Assembly (NCBI GenBank): GCA_964016885.1
Contig: OZ024740.1
Span: 151,590,001-151,654,000 of the forward strand
Source: Eledone cirrhosa
Lineage: Eukaryota
DNA: 64,000 nucleotides
Reading direction: 5' to 3'
The translations under genes were made by a program, and so were the position numbers. Numbering within the stretch: the first letter of the stretch is position 1; each line of letters starts with the position of its first letter. This document shows, piece after piece, positions 15,957 to 30,899 of the stretch. A model generated the notes under the pieces. It worked only from the letters and a program-made list of their open reading frames with translations. It searched no databases and was not told the DNA's origin.

Positions 15957-16266
15957 CAAAGGTATATTTAATTTGTTGGTAATTCAACAAATATATTTAT
16001 GACAGATTCGAAGCACTCGACAAGTTGTCTGAAGTATGATATTATACTGGAGTATATAATGATATTATACTGGAGTATCAATGATATTAATAAATGGACA
16101 GGTGAAACTTGAACCGTTAAGGTCTCATTCCTGGATATGTCAATATTTATAAAACAAACTTGTATTTTATCTGATGAGAGTTTACCAAAGTTTTGGTACC
16201 CTTGAAATATATAAAATAGAATAAATATGGTTTTATAAATATAGCTTCCATTTATTAATATCATTG

Positions 16267-16268
<2 letters not shown>
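15955..16268. mobile_element. PLE terminal-repeat fragments in opposite orientations, with hammerhead at 16164-16220 (+)
   Basis: Left part matches 55071-55180; right part matches 58870-58995, including CTGATGA at 16171 and GAAA at 16204. Confidence 0.75.
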
Positions 16269-16344
<76 letters not shown>

Positions 16345-16425
16345 ATAATAATAAATTTGAAGACTAAAATCCAAAGATGGCTCGATAAGGATAATATATA
16401 TATCAAATATATAAGAACCGTAGAG

Positions 16426-16521
<96 letters not shown>

Positions 16522-16844
16522 CACCAATACTAATTGGTAATTTTTGTTGGAATGGCAACCGCTCTGTTTAATCAGCTCTTAAACATCACTGGAATTCTAT
16601 AAGAATCCAGCTTCTATAAATCTCGGCAAAAGCGAAGGGGTATGTAAACTTGACAACTGCTAACGAGTGAGATACGGCTATCGATTGCTTCCCTTTGCGT
16701 TTGCCAAGACCAAGTAAGTGACGTAGTCACTAGTTTAAAACTAATAGCAAATGGTCTTCAAAATGTTTTTAAATAAACATACAGTATATTATCAAAAATA
16801 CTATACTTACATTCATATATATATATATATATATATATATACAA

Positions 16845-17030
16845 GTAAATAATCGAGAATCAGAATCTCGGCCCACGAAATAACGATAAACAATCTTCGA
16901 CATGTGTGGCAGAGGGCTCAATAGTTTGGATGAACCAGAGCTATAATTATCGTTAAAGTACCATCACATAGAGACGATGCCTAAAATAATTCGCACAGCC
17001 GAAAAAAACGACCAGGAAAATTCGGGTCAC
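16845..17030 (-). repeat. TA-abutting repeat, inverted homolog of 9535-9720
   Basis: aatcgagaatc...ggcccacgaaataacga...gatgaaccagagctataa is the reverse complement of the 9615-9715 region. Confidence 0.75.
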
Positions 17031-17190
17031 TCAAATAATAAATTAATAAATTAATAAATTAAATGAATGTAAAAACTCACCCGGACCCGCTAGAAGGATG
17101 TTAAATTCTAGCTTTTTGGGTTTCTGCAGTTCCTTAATCAATTACTGTCAGCCCACATAAAAAAAATATCTGACTTCTAGTAAAGAGATG

Positions 17191-17231
<41 letters not shown>

Positions 17232-17237
<6 letters not shown>

Positions 17238-17665
17238 GATATTAATAAATGGAAACTATATTTATAAAACCATATTTATTTCATTATACATATCTCAGGG
17301 ATACCAAATTAAATTATGGTATGCCTTCATCAGACAAAATACAATATATAACAGTTTTACAAATAAGCTTTGACGTACTCTATTATCCGGATGACTTCCA
17401 AAAACAATAGTTGCATTTTAATGGTTGCATTTTAATAGGGTACGTCAAAGCTTATTTGTAAAACTGTTATATATTGTATTTTGTCTGATGAAGGCATACC
17501 ATAATTTAATTTGGTATCCCTGAAATATGTATAATGAAATAAATATGGTTTTATAAATATAGTTTCCATTTATTAATATCGTATATTTACTCCAAATACT
17601 TGTCGAGTGCTTTATATCAGTTATGAAAATATCTACTTGTTGTATCCCAACAATTTTAAATAAAA
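17232..17665. mobile_element. Fold-back PLE terminal repeat (palindrome 17232-17586) with a hammerhead in each arm
   Basis: About 150-bp arms, about 48-nt spacer; + hammerhead 17478-17540 with intact core; the minus copy has GAAA>GAGA. Confidence 0.85.
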
Positions 17666-17679
17666 CTTTTGCATGTATA

Positions 17680-18055
17680 TATATATAATATATATAATAG
17701 TAAAAATAGAGGAGATGATCGACAGCGAGCTCAGTGGTTTCGTCTATATCCCTCTTCTATGTACATATAAGCGCATAAATAAGACCGCTATTACTTCAAT
17801 CCGTCTACGAACCCTCAGCAAATACTCTAGACCGAACTACAACCTCTCTCCATGATTCCTGCCAAACCAAACCGTAGTCACCTTCCAAATTGAGAAAATC
17901 AACCGTCGACTATTCATGTTCCCAAACTCGGCTTACGCAACCTGATCGCAAATAGCCCCTAATAGAAAACATTCGCGGACTATTACGAATTCTATTAATT
18001 TTGTTTTAGTTTTGTTTTATTTTGTGTAGCCGAGTCACGGGGTTCGGACAACTAG
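17680..18055 (+). mobile_element. Possible non-autonomous Helitron
   Basis: Subterminal hairpin ccgagtc/ggttcgg (18030-18047) followed by CTAG then T; 5' end not defined. Confidence 0.45.
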
Positions 18056-18696
18056 TATTACCTTACCTTAATTTTAATCGTAATTCTAATTTTATATCGA
18101 TTCATTAACCACTCCGTATCACCGCTTTCACCACTACAGAATATTTTCACTTAAGCAGTCACATAATTAATTGACCAGCTGCTGTTTATTTATATATTAA
18201 TTGTATACATTTACCACTCTTGTATTCCAGAAATTCTGTATGCAATATTATGAAAGTTCTTAAATATATTTATGGTATTTTAAAATTTTGTTTACGTTTT
18301 ATAAAGTTCTTTGCACTTTAATTTTATTTATTTATTCTTCATTAACATATGGTAAAATCAGCTGTTGTTATCTCCTTAATCTCCACAAGGCAGTCTCCTC
18401 ATTTTTACATCCCTCATCTTCCGCCAATTTCTTTCATCCCCTTTTTCCTCTTCCCTTTCTGTTTCACACAGAGGTAGAGGGTAAGTTAGTTGCTGTAAAT
18501 GAAAGAATGAAAATGAACACTTCGCACACAGCCATTCCTGATTTCTACTGTTCTCTTTGTAGAAGCAAATTGGTTAAATTATTATCATACGAAAGTTAAA
18601 TGAAATACAATATAGTTTGACACCACCATAAATATATATATAACACTCTGGTACAAATTAACGTCCACTATGTACGTATGTATGTATGTATGTATG

Positions 18697-21337
18697 TTCT
18701 TCTGGTTTTATAATTTCACAAATGTTTACCAATAGAGAGAGAGTCGGTTTCTAACATGGTTACAAGACTCTTTCATTGGAATTTACACATCAACTAGCTA
18801 GATAAATATGCATGAGTAGGTATGGATGTGTATGTTTTGAGTTGTATGTGTGCATGTACATTGTATCTTTACATGTGTATGAAGTTATTAGATGCAACAA
18901 TTTTGAAATGTTTTACATATTTTTACTGTTCCATTACTGGATTATACTTGTAATTTCCTAACTAGTTGTGTTCTTTCTGTTCCTGTGAAGCCCAGCTTCA
19001 CAAGATTTGTATTGAGGCAGTTAATAACATATCCCAGTGCCCCAATAATCACAGACATAAATCTGAAGGTATAATCAGGGTGGAGTATCTGCAGATTTCT
19101 CATCAGTTCTGCATAAATATGCTCCTTTTCACTAATCTTTGATATTATATTGGCATCTGCTGGGCAGCTAACTTCCAGTACTGTGCATGTTTCTTCGCCC
19201 TGTCCCATATCATAATATCTGGTCTGTTATGCCTGCATTTTATTGGGGTGTTGAGTAGAACATTCCACCAGCACTGTTTCATATTATGTATATGGATATC
19301 TTCCACATTGCTGTAGTTTTAATGTGTTTATTATCGGGGCTATCTTTTTTACGAACTGCATTGTACAGTGTTTTGGCCACTACATCATGCTTGATAGGTA
19401 GATAGTACCGCGATGACATCTTTGGACAGCTGCTGATGACATGGGTGATATCTTCGATGTTAATTCTACAGAGTCTGCACTTGTTGTCACATCTAGGTGT
19501 TTTGCCTGCATCCCTATCTCTTTTGTGAATCAGGTATTTCGTGTTGATTTCCTGTTCTTGGATTGCAAAAGCGAATCCTTCAAAGTGGGAACCAATATAG
19601 CCGTTGTTGGTCCAAGACAGACTACTTTCCTTATCTATGTTACTCTCACTCTGGAACTTCCTGGCAACATATCCATGCATGATTTTTGCTGATAAGCATG
19701 CAGTTTTTAATCCATGGATTCACTGCGATACTGCTGAGCGACTTGCCTGGGTGTGAGTTATTGATTATCACACAGGGAATATCTTATCTGTTTCATGCAG
19801 ATAGACTTGCTCGAGAAGCGGGCTCCTACGCTTCGAGGTTCGCAGATGTTGTCGGGGGGATATGATGGGACATTCAGATGCTGTTTGGACTGATGTTAGG
19901 CCTCTGCCTCCCTGCTTACGTTTCAAGTAAAGGCGGTTTATGTCACTGTTGATGTGCAGGTTTCCGGTGTTGTTTAGTATTTTTCGAGTTCTAACATCAA
20001 TTGCTCGGATTTCGTCTATCGTCCAATTGAGTATTCCAAACGTTGGTGTTAGGACAGGCACATCAACCACATTGTGAGCTACTGTTTTGTTTTGCGATGA
20101 CCATTTCTTTCTTAATCGAGTGTAGTATTCCCTGGTTACGCGTTCCTTATTACAGAGACCATTATAGGATATGTTCTCATCTATCCACAGGTATCTGTAG
20201 CAGTCCTCATCAGATATCGGTGAAACAGTTAGGCCATTGATGACAATGTTGCTAGATTGGGTTGTTGTTTTTCCCCGCTTTACAATCATATATGAGCGTT
20301 TATCTTGGCCAAACTCCATTCCTATATCATTTGAGAATGTTGTAACAAGGTCAATATTTTTCTTTATCCCATCCATGTTCTTGGCATAGAGTTTCAGATC
20401 ACCCACAAAGAAATTATGAGTTAGGTTCGTATTTCTGTCCTCCTGTGAGTCAACGATGTATCCTTCACATTTCTTGAGCAGAAAGGACAAGGGGTTTAAT
20501 GACATGATACATAATATCACAGAGAGACTGTCTCCCTGAAATATACCCCTGTGATATTTTATTTTATCAGTGAAAATAGAGTCCTCCCTCTCAGTCTTTA
20601 ACCTTAGGATAGTAGCCCAAGAAGAAGACAACTTCTCTATAGCTCTGATAATAATGTCTGGGACTTTAGTAAGTCGGAGGGCCTCTATCAACCAAGAGTG
20701 GGGAACAGAACCGAAAGCTTTCCTGAAGTCCAGCCACACTGTAGCCATAATCCTCCTAAGTTGTCGCACCTCCGACATCGCAGTTTTGTTGATTAGGAGT
20801 TGTTCAGCACATCCCCAAAACCCTTTCTTCCAGCTGCTTGTTCATATGTGATGATGTTATTTTTACAGTGATTCTTGGAGGAATAGGTTCAGGCAGGCTG
20901 TATACATCTTATACATCGGGTTCTGGCATGCAATGGGTCGGTAGTATTTTGCTAACTTGGTATATTTGTTCTTGGGGACCAGTAATGTTTGTGCTAATGT
21001 CAACCATTCTGGTATAAGTGTATCCTCCTTAAAAACTTGTTGGTAGAGGTCGGTAAGATACCTCCGATAGAATATCAGTTTTTTGTACCAGTAGCCGACA
21101 ATCATGTCTCTACCTGGTGTTTTCTTATCTTGGAGTTTTCCTATCACAGTCTCAAGGGTACCCTCACTTATTTCGTATGTTTTCGTTGTAGTGGAGGAGC
21201 GATAGTTCTTTTGTATTTCTTTTAGCCACACTGCATCTTGGTTGAAATTCTTCTTTTCACCCCATATTTTTCTCCAAAAGGAATCTGTCTTTCTGGGATG
21301 GGGCCTCAGTGACATTTATTATTTCGCCCTTCATATC
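18697..21337 (-). mobile_element. 5'-truncated RLE-type LINE (R4/Dong-like), copy 1, pseudogenised
   Basis: RT motifs WLDFRKAF, GIFQGDSLS, FFVGDLKLY; CCHC knuckle CRLC..HVISSC; RPDI..EVSCP endonuclease; 3' end abuts (CATA)n. Confidence 0.9.
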
Positions 21338-21550
21338 ACTTTATTTCATACTGCTCCAGGTTACTCAGCTGTAGAAATGAGTTGTGACGTCACTGGTAGC
21401 AAGCTGTATCAGCCATTGCCTTTCCCTTGGATATCATCGGTGGTGTGGAGAGAGGAGGCTGGTATGCATGAATGCATATAGGACTGCTTGTCTTCCACAA
21501 ACAACATTGCACGAACATGTGCCTCGGAGGGTAACTTTCTAGGTGCAAAT
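21337..21550 (+). mobile_element. SINE body fragment
   Basis: cactttatttcatactgctcc...actcagctgtagaaatgag resembles the family B central domain. Confidence 0.5.
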
Positions 21551-21919
21551 CCCATGTTTATTCGTGACGTATGTATATATGTATATATGTATATGTATAT
21601 ACGTATATACGTATCTATATATATATGTATCAGTTTGTATTAGATGCAAAATCTGTTGCCTATTTCTCGTCGTAATATTTTTGTGTTTATTTGTTTTGTT
21701 ATCATCTCACATGAATCTCATCAACAGAGTGTTTCTCGAATCTGTTGTACAGACTAATATGACATGTACAATATTATCTGAAATTGCATGCCGGCAGGTG
21801 GCTGACGAGGTACATATACAATTATCTAGTTCTCTTATGTAACTATTTTCGTCTGTGCATTAAATATCATATATATACATGTGTGTGTATGTGTATGTAT
21901 GTATACATATACATACATA

Positions 21920-21998
<79 letters not shown>

Positions 21999-22011
21999 AT
22001 ATATATATATA

Positions 22012-22632
22012 TCTTCTGTGTCAATTTTGAGCTGACTCTTGGGACGCTCCCATACAGCTCTGAGTTTTTCATCCTCAGCGTATACTGATTAATGTTCAGA
22101 GCCATCCTCAGCATTCTCGTGTAGCACCCATCCACCATCTGAGTGAGTTTCTTGGTCAGTGTCCAAGTCTCAGACCCATACAGCAGCACAGACTCCACTA
22201 CAGCAATGAAGAGGCGGATTTTCAGGTCTCTACGAAGGTCCGACTTCCACACCGATCTCAAGCTGTGGCACGCCGCCCAGGCCATGCTCTTCCTCTCAAC
22301 CACATCATCTTCCGTATTCCCAATCTTTGCTCCCAAATACAAGAAGTCCGCAACCAATTCCAGTGGCTTCCCGCCTACAGAGGAGACTGAGGTTAGCTGG
22401 ACATGCTCACCGACATCCAGAGTTGACATTGCACTCAGTGCTCCTTTGGGAGCCCCTACATGGACACACTGGAAGAGGAAGACCAAGGTTGACGTATGTT
22501 GATGCCCTAAGGTCAGACACTGGTCTGTTGGAGACGCAGGACATGGCAGCGATAATGAGGGACAGAGACCGCTGGAGAGAACTCGTCCATGGATCTCGGG
22601 AATTTTACCCGCCTTAGATAGATAGATAGATA
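22012..22632 (+). mobile_element. RTE/RTEX-like LINE 3' end with 5' inversion and (TAGA)n tail
   Basis: Minus arm DFLYLGA...VLLYGSETWTL...SSKLTQ; plus arm QRRLRLAGH...GRGRPRLTYVD...RDRDRW, stop, then tagatagata. Confidence 0.9.
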
Positions 22633-22639
22633 TATATAT

Positions 22640-23173
<534 letters not shown>

Positions 23174-23904
23174 GAGAGAGATTTTGTTTATGATTTGTTT
23201 ATATCGGTCATTTATTCATTTTCTTACAACATAGCTATGATATAACAAAATCAATAAATATATGTATGTGTGTGTTTGTATGTGTGCGTGTGTATGTGTG
23301 TGTGCGTGTCTGTCTGTGTATATAGCTGACCGTGAAATCCACAAACATCAGCAAAAAAGTTATAAAATGGAAAAATCAGAAACAATTAAAAATTTAAGAA
23401 AAAACTAAAAAAAAAAAAAAAATTGTGCATGCGGTTGAAGTATGAAACAGTGACAACAAATAAAACAGACGATAAAAACGCGCATTTATCGTTTGGTTTA
23501 GTTTCTGTTCTTTGTTTGATGCTTATGAGTATCTTGCTTTTAAAACATCACTGGATACAGTGTTTTTTTTTTCTTGACTTTTATTAGTATTTTGAAATAT
23601 GAACATTTGTAGTTTTTAACCTTTTTAATGCACCATTCAAATATATGTGTTATGGCCAACGGTAGCAGCAAAAACCATCGAATGAAAGGTTGTCGAACAC
23701 CTTATTAACTTATCGAAGACCAATGCATGGTCTAGAAATGTCTAAAGTATGACGAAACTAAGTTAAATTATTTTGGTATCCATTTCGCTCTAATTATTTG
23801 ATATTCACCGCTCTAGTAGTTCATGCAGCTTTTTCCACACACACGCACACACACATACACACATATGGGTGTATATATATTTATATATATATATTATTAT
23901 TATT

Positions 23905-24558
<654 letters not shown>

Positions 24559-24846
24559 AAAGTAAATAACAACAACAAGGAGTACAGTTACGAAAGGTAT
24601 TAGGTTCACGTTTGAGAGTGGGGTGTATATATATATATATATATGCATGTATATATATATTTGTGTGTGTGTGTGTATGTGTGTGTGTGTCAAAATCAGA
24701 GACACTTGATGATATAAGTAAAGTTTTTAAACATGACCATCTGTCTCATGATTAACCGATGGAAATCACCATGATTTCTGTTTTTGTATATGTTTTTGTG
24801 TGTGATTGTACGTATGTGTGTGTGTGTGTGTGTGTGTTGTCTGTGT

Positions 24847-24927
<81 letters not shown>

Positions 24928-25254
24928 GTGTGTATGTGTGAGTGTGTGTGTGTGTATGTGTGTGTGTGCACGCAAATTAGATCGTCGATTACTTTAACGC
25001 GTAAACAAAACACTCATAAAATTAAGGGCAACTTCGAACTCGTGTTATATTATATTATATAATATATAAGTTCACACACACACATATATTATTGACATAT
25101 GTGATGGCTTCATTGGTATTTATTTTTGCAGTTTAACCCGAGATTTGCCTCAATCAAAATGACATATGCTCAATGTGATCCATCTTCAACAATTCGATAT
25201 TTGTTATACTAGTATGTCTAGAATGCAATGCAGATACTGCGTCGTTATTTCTTT

Positions 25255-25412
25255 CGGACGCCATGCTTTCCAGCATAGTTACGTCCCTTTGCGGTCTGAG
25301 TTCAAATCCCGACGAGGTTAACTTTCCCTTTCATCCTTACGGGGTCGATAAAATAAAGTACCAGTAATGTACTGGTAATTTGATGGCCTTGTGCCAAAAG
25401 TAGAAACAGTTA
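25255..25412 (+). mobile_element. SINE family A (5'-truncated)
   Basis: Matches 43241-43396. Confidence 0.85.
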
Positions 25413-25651
25413 TTTCTTTAAGGTAACATATGATAAGGGGAGTAATTGAGTGTCATTTTTAACAGGTCGAGAGGAACTCTGTTGCTTTCTGGTTAGCACA
25501 TTTTGGAAGTTGCTGTTACAATCGATGGTACTGATGATAATATTTGCTGGTAATTGTGATGTAATCTTGCTGGTCATGATAGTATAAATTTATTGTTAGT
25601 AGCAGTTTAGTGCTGTTTAACTCCATGTCAGTCTTGATTCTCTTTTTATTA

Positions 25652-25841
25652 ATTGTTTCTACTTTTGGCACAAAGCCAGTAATTACACTAGTGCATTACT
25701 GGTGCTTTAGTTTATCGACCACATAAGGATAAAAGGCAAAGTTAACCTCGTCGGCATTTGAACTCAGAACGTAATAAGCCACAACTCTATGCTGCAGAGC
25801 ATGGGGCCAGACGCTCTATCGATACTGCCAATCCACCGCCC
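25652..25841 (-). mobile_element. SINE family A with degenerate TSD
   Basis: Reverse complement of the family consensus; flanks tgattctctttttattaat / tgattttccttttaataat. Confidence 0.85.
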
Positions 25842-27892
25842 TGATTTTCCTTTTAATAATGAAAGTTTATATTATAAACCTTCCTACTATTTATGGAAAC
25901 AATATATAATTATTATTATTATTATTTTTAGTTTATATAGTATTTTCAATAAAAATAGAAAAGGAGAACAAATAAATAATGAAAATGGAGGAAGAGGGGA
26001 GATTGGCAGACTCTAGACTCTACTTTGGGCGGTATATCTCAGCTGTGCTCGCAGACAAAATGGTGAGATAATTGCAACAGAGAACAAGCATCCAGTCACT
26101 CCCACTGAAACAACAATTCTACTTCACGGGGACGGGGCTCTTACCTTAGGGGCATGCACTCCTTCCACTTTTGCAGAGGAAAACAGCAGTTAAGGGACTG
26201 AGTACATTAGATGACTCGACGGCAAACGGTACGAAAATGAAGCGCTAATTTAATTAAATTAAGACATGGTATATGACTATCCTCCTCTCTTCCGTGTTAT
26301 GGGCGACAGTACCCGGGTTTGTAGTAGAATCAATAAGGTTAAGTGTAGACAATATGTCGCAAGCCGTTGCATCCAAGATTAGATATTTACCTTCCTCAAT
26401 CGGGAAGAATTTAAATCGTCTGTGTGCTAATGATCACCACAATCAAGTCTGGCAAGTTAGTGCTGTGATGGAAAACTGGCTGGATTTAAGGCCGCGTGCC
26501 AAGAGAATCGAAACAAAAGCATGTCAAAGCAGACACATGGCGATGCTTGTTTATTTAGATACAGTGTGTATGTGACTACATTAATAAATGTCGACTTAAA
26601 CAAAAACTAAACAAACAAAACAAAAGATAACACATCCAACAAATTCAATTGTTTTCAACAAGGTAAGGTGAGATTTGAACATGTTTGGACTTCCATATCT
26701 AGATTGAGTGATAGGGTAGAGGCCACCGTATGCTTGAGGTGGTTACAATGACCTATTACTGATGATGGTATTGATGGTGATGCTGCAGTTGTTGATATTG
26801 GTGGTGTTCTTATTGTTGTAAGATATGTTTTGTGCCATGTTGTTAATGCTGTAGGTAGAGTTGATGTAAACGTGATTATAATCGTAGTGATTATTATACC
26901 ATTCGTAATGATGATGATGATAATGATGCTGGTGATGATGATGAGAATTTTGACGATGAGGGTGTTGGTTATGTTGGTGATGGTGAAGGTTGTTATTCTT
27001 AGGCAATAATGATGATAGTTGTGGCTGTTGTGTTTATATACATCATATTTCATGGCAATTAACTCATTGAGTCAATAGGTGCAGTCGAATGTACTAGGTA
27101 ACCTTTCCACAGGAATGCGAACCTCATTGATGCAACTGTTAACTGCATTGGAGTCTAACATATAATTATGCTGTTGTTGTTGTGTTTTGATGTAGATTTG
27201 TTGTCGTCGTTGTTGTTGTTGTTGTTGTTTTGGTTGGCGCTGCTGATGTTATTGTTCTCAAGGGGATGAAAGTTGGTTGGTTTGTTAGTTGGTTGATGGT
27301 TGGTATACATGGGTAGAGTGCTTCAGAGTGATAGGTGTCAGCAACGTGAGATTGTGTAGTATATTCGTGCATCGCCACAGTCAGGAGTGACGTCAGCTGC
27401 ACAAAAAACTGAACATTTCTCTTATGTGTACCTAGAATGTGGGTGGAGTATGGTGGAAAGAGATGTTAGTAACATTGCTCATCCTTTTGAGACTGAATTA
27501 TAAAACAATTTTATTATCACAATAATTATATTAAAAATAATGGCGATACAGCTGGTGATGCTAAAGACGATGTTGGAGGAGGCGGTGTTGGTGAAAGTGA
27601 TTATTAACACCGCACTAGTTGTTAATTGACGTTGTCAAAGTATATGATGTGTTGAATACAGACACACAGATACATACATGAACACACACATATACCTATA
27701 TATATATATATATATATATAGGTATATATATATATATATATGTACATGTATCTATTTATACACAAATACGTGCATACATGCATATATATATATATATATA
27801 TATATCTTATATATATGTATATCTTACATATGTATATATATCTATATATATCTTATATATGTATATATATCTCATATATATGTATATCTTAC

Positions 27893-27949
<57 letters not shown>

Positions 27950-27950
<1 letters not shown>

Positions 27951-28072
27951 GATAAAACAAACTTTGTATTTTATCTGATGAATGCATACCAAAGTTTTGG
28001 TACCCTTGGAATATATATAATAGAATAAATATGGTTTTATATATATAGTTTCAGGTTATTTCATATCATTGT
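27950..28072 (+). mobile_element. PLE terminal-repeat fragment with mutated hammerhead (GAAA>GGAA)
   Basis: CTGATGA at 27975; homologous to 58875-58995. Confidence 0.75.
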
Positions 28073-28370
28073 ATATATATACATATTATATATATCAGTG
28101 ATCTTCCTACCTTCATCGGTATTTCATCGCTTTAAAGATCATATACCTCTGGTTGGTGGGAGCAGTAACTAAAGAAAGTTATTGGGACACGTAAAATAGG
28201 GTGAAACGAGCGAGACATGTAAACAAACATAGATGTGTTGCAACAGAAAGAAACAGACAGGTCACAGCGGAGGAAAAATATATATATATGAAAAATGGAG
28301 TGTTGCGTAGTTGCACATGGGTCACATATGAATAAAATTAGCCCTTGATCAGGGTGAAACGAGCGATATA

Positions 28371-28437
<67 letters not shown>

Positions 28438-28438
<1 letters not shown>

Positions 28439-29041
28439 GTAATAATAATAAAATTGAAGACTAAAATCCAGAGAGGGCTCGATAAGGAAAATATATATCA
28501 AATTTATAAGAACCGAAGAGCAAATATTTATTAAAATAACAGATTAAAGTTTAAGCAAAGAATCGGTGCTTTCACCCTTAACGGGATCTTCTGAAACTAA
28601 TAAAGTCAATCTGTAAACGCAGAACTGGATATTTCAAAAAACGTTGCAACCGGAGGAAGACAGGAAGACGATACTTTGGTTCATGGTGACGTTCGCTGGC
28701 AAAGAACGGGAAAAAAAACGAATAATACGTCATTAATAGGAGCGGTGAAAAACAATTACGCGCAAGGACAGAACCACGTTTATGGTATAAAAGAGGTCGT
28801 AGACTAATGTTCTCTAAGTGGTGCATAGAGACGTTCTCTGGCAATGAACGAAAAAGCGTTTTCCCGTTCTTTGCCAGCGAACGTCACCATGAACCAAAGT
28901 ATCGTCTTCCTGTCTTCCTCCGGTTGCAACGTTTTTTGAAATATCCAGTTTTGCGTTTACAGATTGACTTTGTTAGTTTCAGAAGATCCCGTTAAGGGTG
29001 AAAGCAGCGATTCTTTGCTTAAACTTTAATCTGTTATTTTA

Positions 29042-29049
<8 letters not shown>
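28438..29049. repeat. Fold-back element: about 190-bp arms (28524-28714 / 28859-29049), 144-nt spacer
   Basis: Arms nearly identical; TA on both sides; left tip also present alone at 16341-16432. Confidence 0.9.
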
Positions 29050-29091
<42 letters not shown>

Positions 29092-29252
29092 GTACTCATT
29101 TATACATAAATGGTAGAACTAACTTTTCTGGTGGTCGTCATTCTTTAATGATTAACATTTTACAATGTGTAGTTTTAGACAATGACTACCCATTGTGCAT
29201 TGAGGTTTAAAAAGGTTACTAATCCTACCTTGATTAGCCAGAACAATAATGA

Positions 29253-29306
<54 letters not shown>

Positions 29307-29323
29307 TCATTATTGTTCTGGCT

Positions 29324-29354
<31 letters not shown>

Positions 29355-29529
29355 TAATAAAAAAAAATGAAATAAAAACAAGGAACAGGTTCCTTATATT
29401 GAAAAATTCATCATTTTACGATCGTTTCTGGGATATATATGTGTGTTGGTATGTATATCATGTTAAAGATCTATGTAAAAAAAAAAATATTACAAATTAT
29501 CAAAGGAGATATACATACCTTCACCTATA

Positions 29530-30690
29530 CATGTTGTTTATTCTTGGTAGTGGAGTAGGAAAATTTGACAGTAAATCTATTTAAAATTTGATGGTATTTA
29601 TGGTTTGGTGGGAAGTTTTTCTCAAGGATAGCAAATCATTTTTTAGGGATATGGTCTTTAATCTGTAGAGTAAATGGAGCATTATACCAAGTAACTCGTC
29701 TATTACGGTTTCGACATTGTTTCTTATATTTATATGATGTATCGGGAGGTTTACTTAGAGAGTTACTATTAGTGATTTTATTATATATAGGTTTAGTTAG
29801 ATTAATTTATTTAGGCGTTTTAGTCTGATGACAAGGAATTTTGTTAGTTATGTTGTTGACATATGTTAGAGTATTAGGGTGAATGGTTTTTTGAAAGTCA
29901 TTATCTTTTCTGTGAGAAGAGGTAGAGAAATTAAGTTTTGGGTTGGTGTTTTTAGGTGTAGTATGAGTGGAATTTAGGTGTGGGTTTTTCATTTGGTGTT
30001 TGTTGGTAATATTAGGTTGTATGTTTGAAATATTATTGGTGCAAGGTATATAGACTAATTTGTTCTTGTGGTCGCTTCTAGCTAAAGCTTCATTATAAAG
30101 GGCGCGTTTTTATCGAATACATCATGATTTGATGAAAGGTTAGAGATTCTGAGTGAGATATTATATGCTAGGTTTTTAAGGATAGATTTAGGGTAATTAG
30201 ATTGTGAGTGTATGTAATGTAAGTTTTGGTTAGGTTTATGGTAAGGTTGGTAGATACCCGTAGATAGGTTCATAGTTATATCTAGGAAATTGACTATTTT
30301 ACTGGTGTTTTTTTCAAATGTAATAGTGAGATTATAATAGTCTTTGAGGAAAGTTCTAAGTTTTTTATTTCTTCCAATTTCTTATAGGCTAAGATTAGTG
30401 GATAGAAGACAGTCATCACGATATAATGCTCCATTTAATCATCTACAGATTAAAGACCATATCCCTAAAAATAAAAAATGATTAGCTATCCTTGAGAAAA
30501 ACTTCCCACCAAACCATAAATACCATCAAATTTTAAATAGATCTACTGTCAAATTTTCCTACTCCACTACCAAGAATAAACAACAGAATATAAGTGCTTA
30601 CAACATATATAAGTGTAAAAAAAACATAAATATACCGCCAACACATCAAACCAACTATAATAATACTAAAATAAACCAAAACAAACCACG
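29530..30690. mobile_element. PLE fragment with inversion (minus 29530-30430; plus 30422-30690)
   Basis: Minus strand LYRDDCLL, NFLDITMNLSTGIYQPYHKPN, WYNAP, NRFTVKFSYS; the last part is repeated on the plus strand; related to the 55677 ORF. Confidence 0.8.
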
Positions 30691-30692
30691 TT

Positions 30693-30899
30693 GAAGAAGA
30701 AGAAGAAGAAGAAGAAGAAGAAGAAGAAGAAGAAGAAGAAGAAGAAGAAGAAGAAGAAGAAGAAGAAGAAGAAGAAGAAGAAGAAGAAGAAGAAGAAGAA
30801 GAAGAAGAAGAAGAAGAAGAAGAAGAAGAAGAAGAAGAAGAAGAAGAAGAAGAAGAAGAAGAAGAAGAAGAAGAAGAAGAAGAAGAAGAAGAAGAAGAA
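30693..30899. repeat. Pure (GAA)n, about 69 units
   Basis: Direct reading. Confidence 0.97.
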
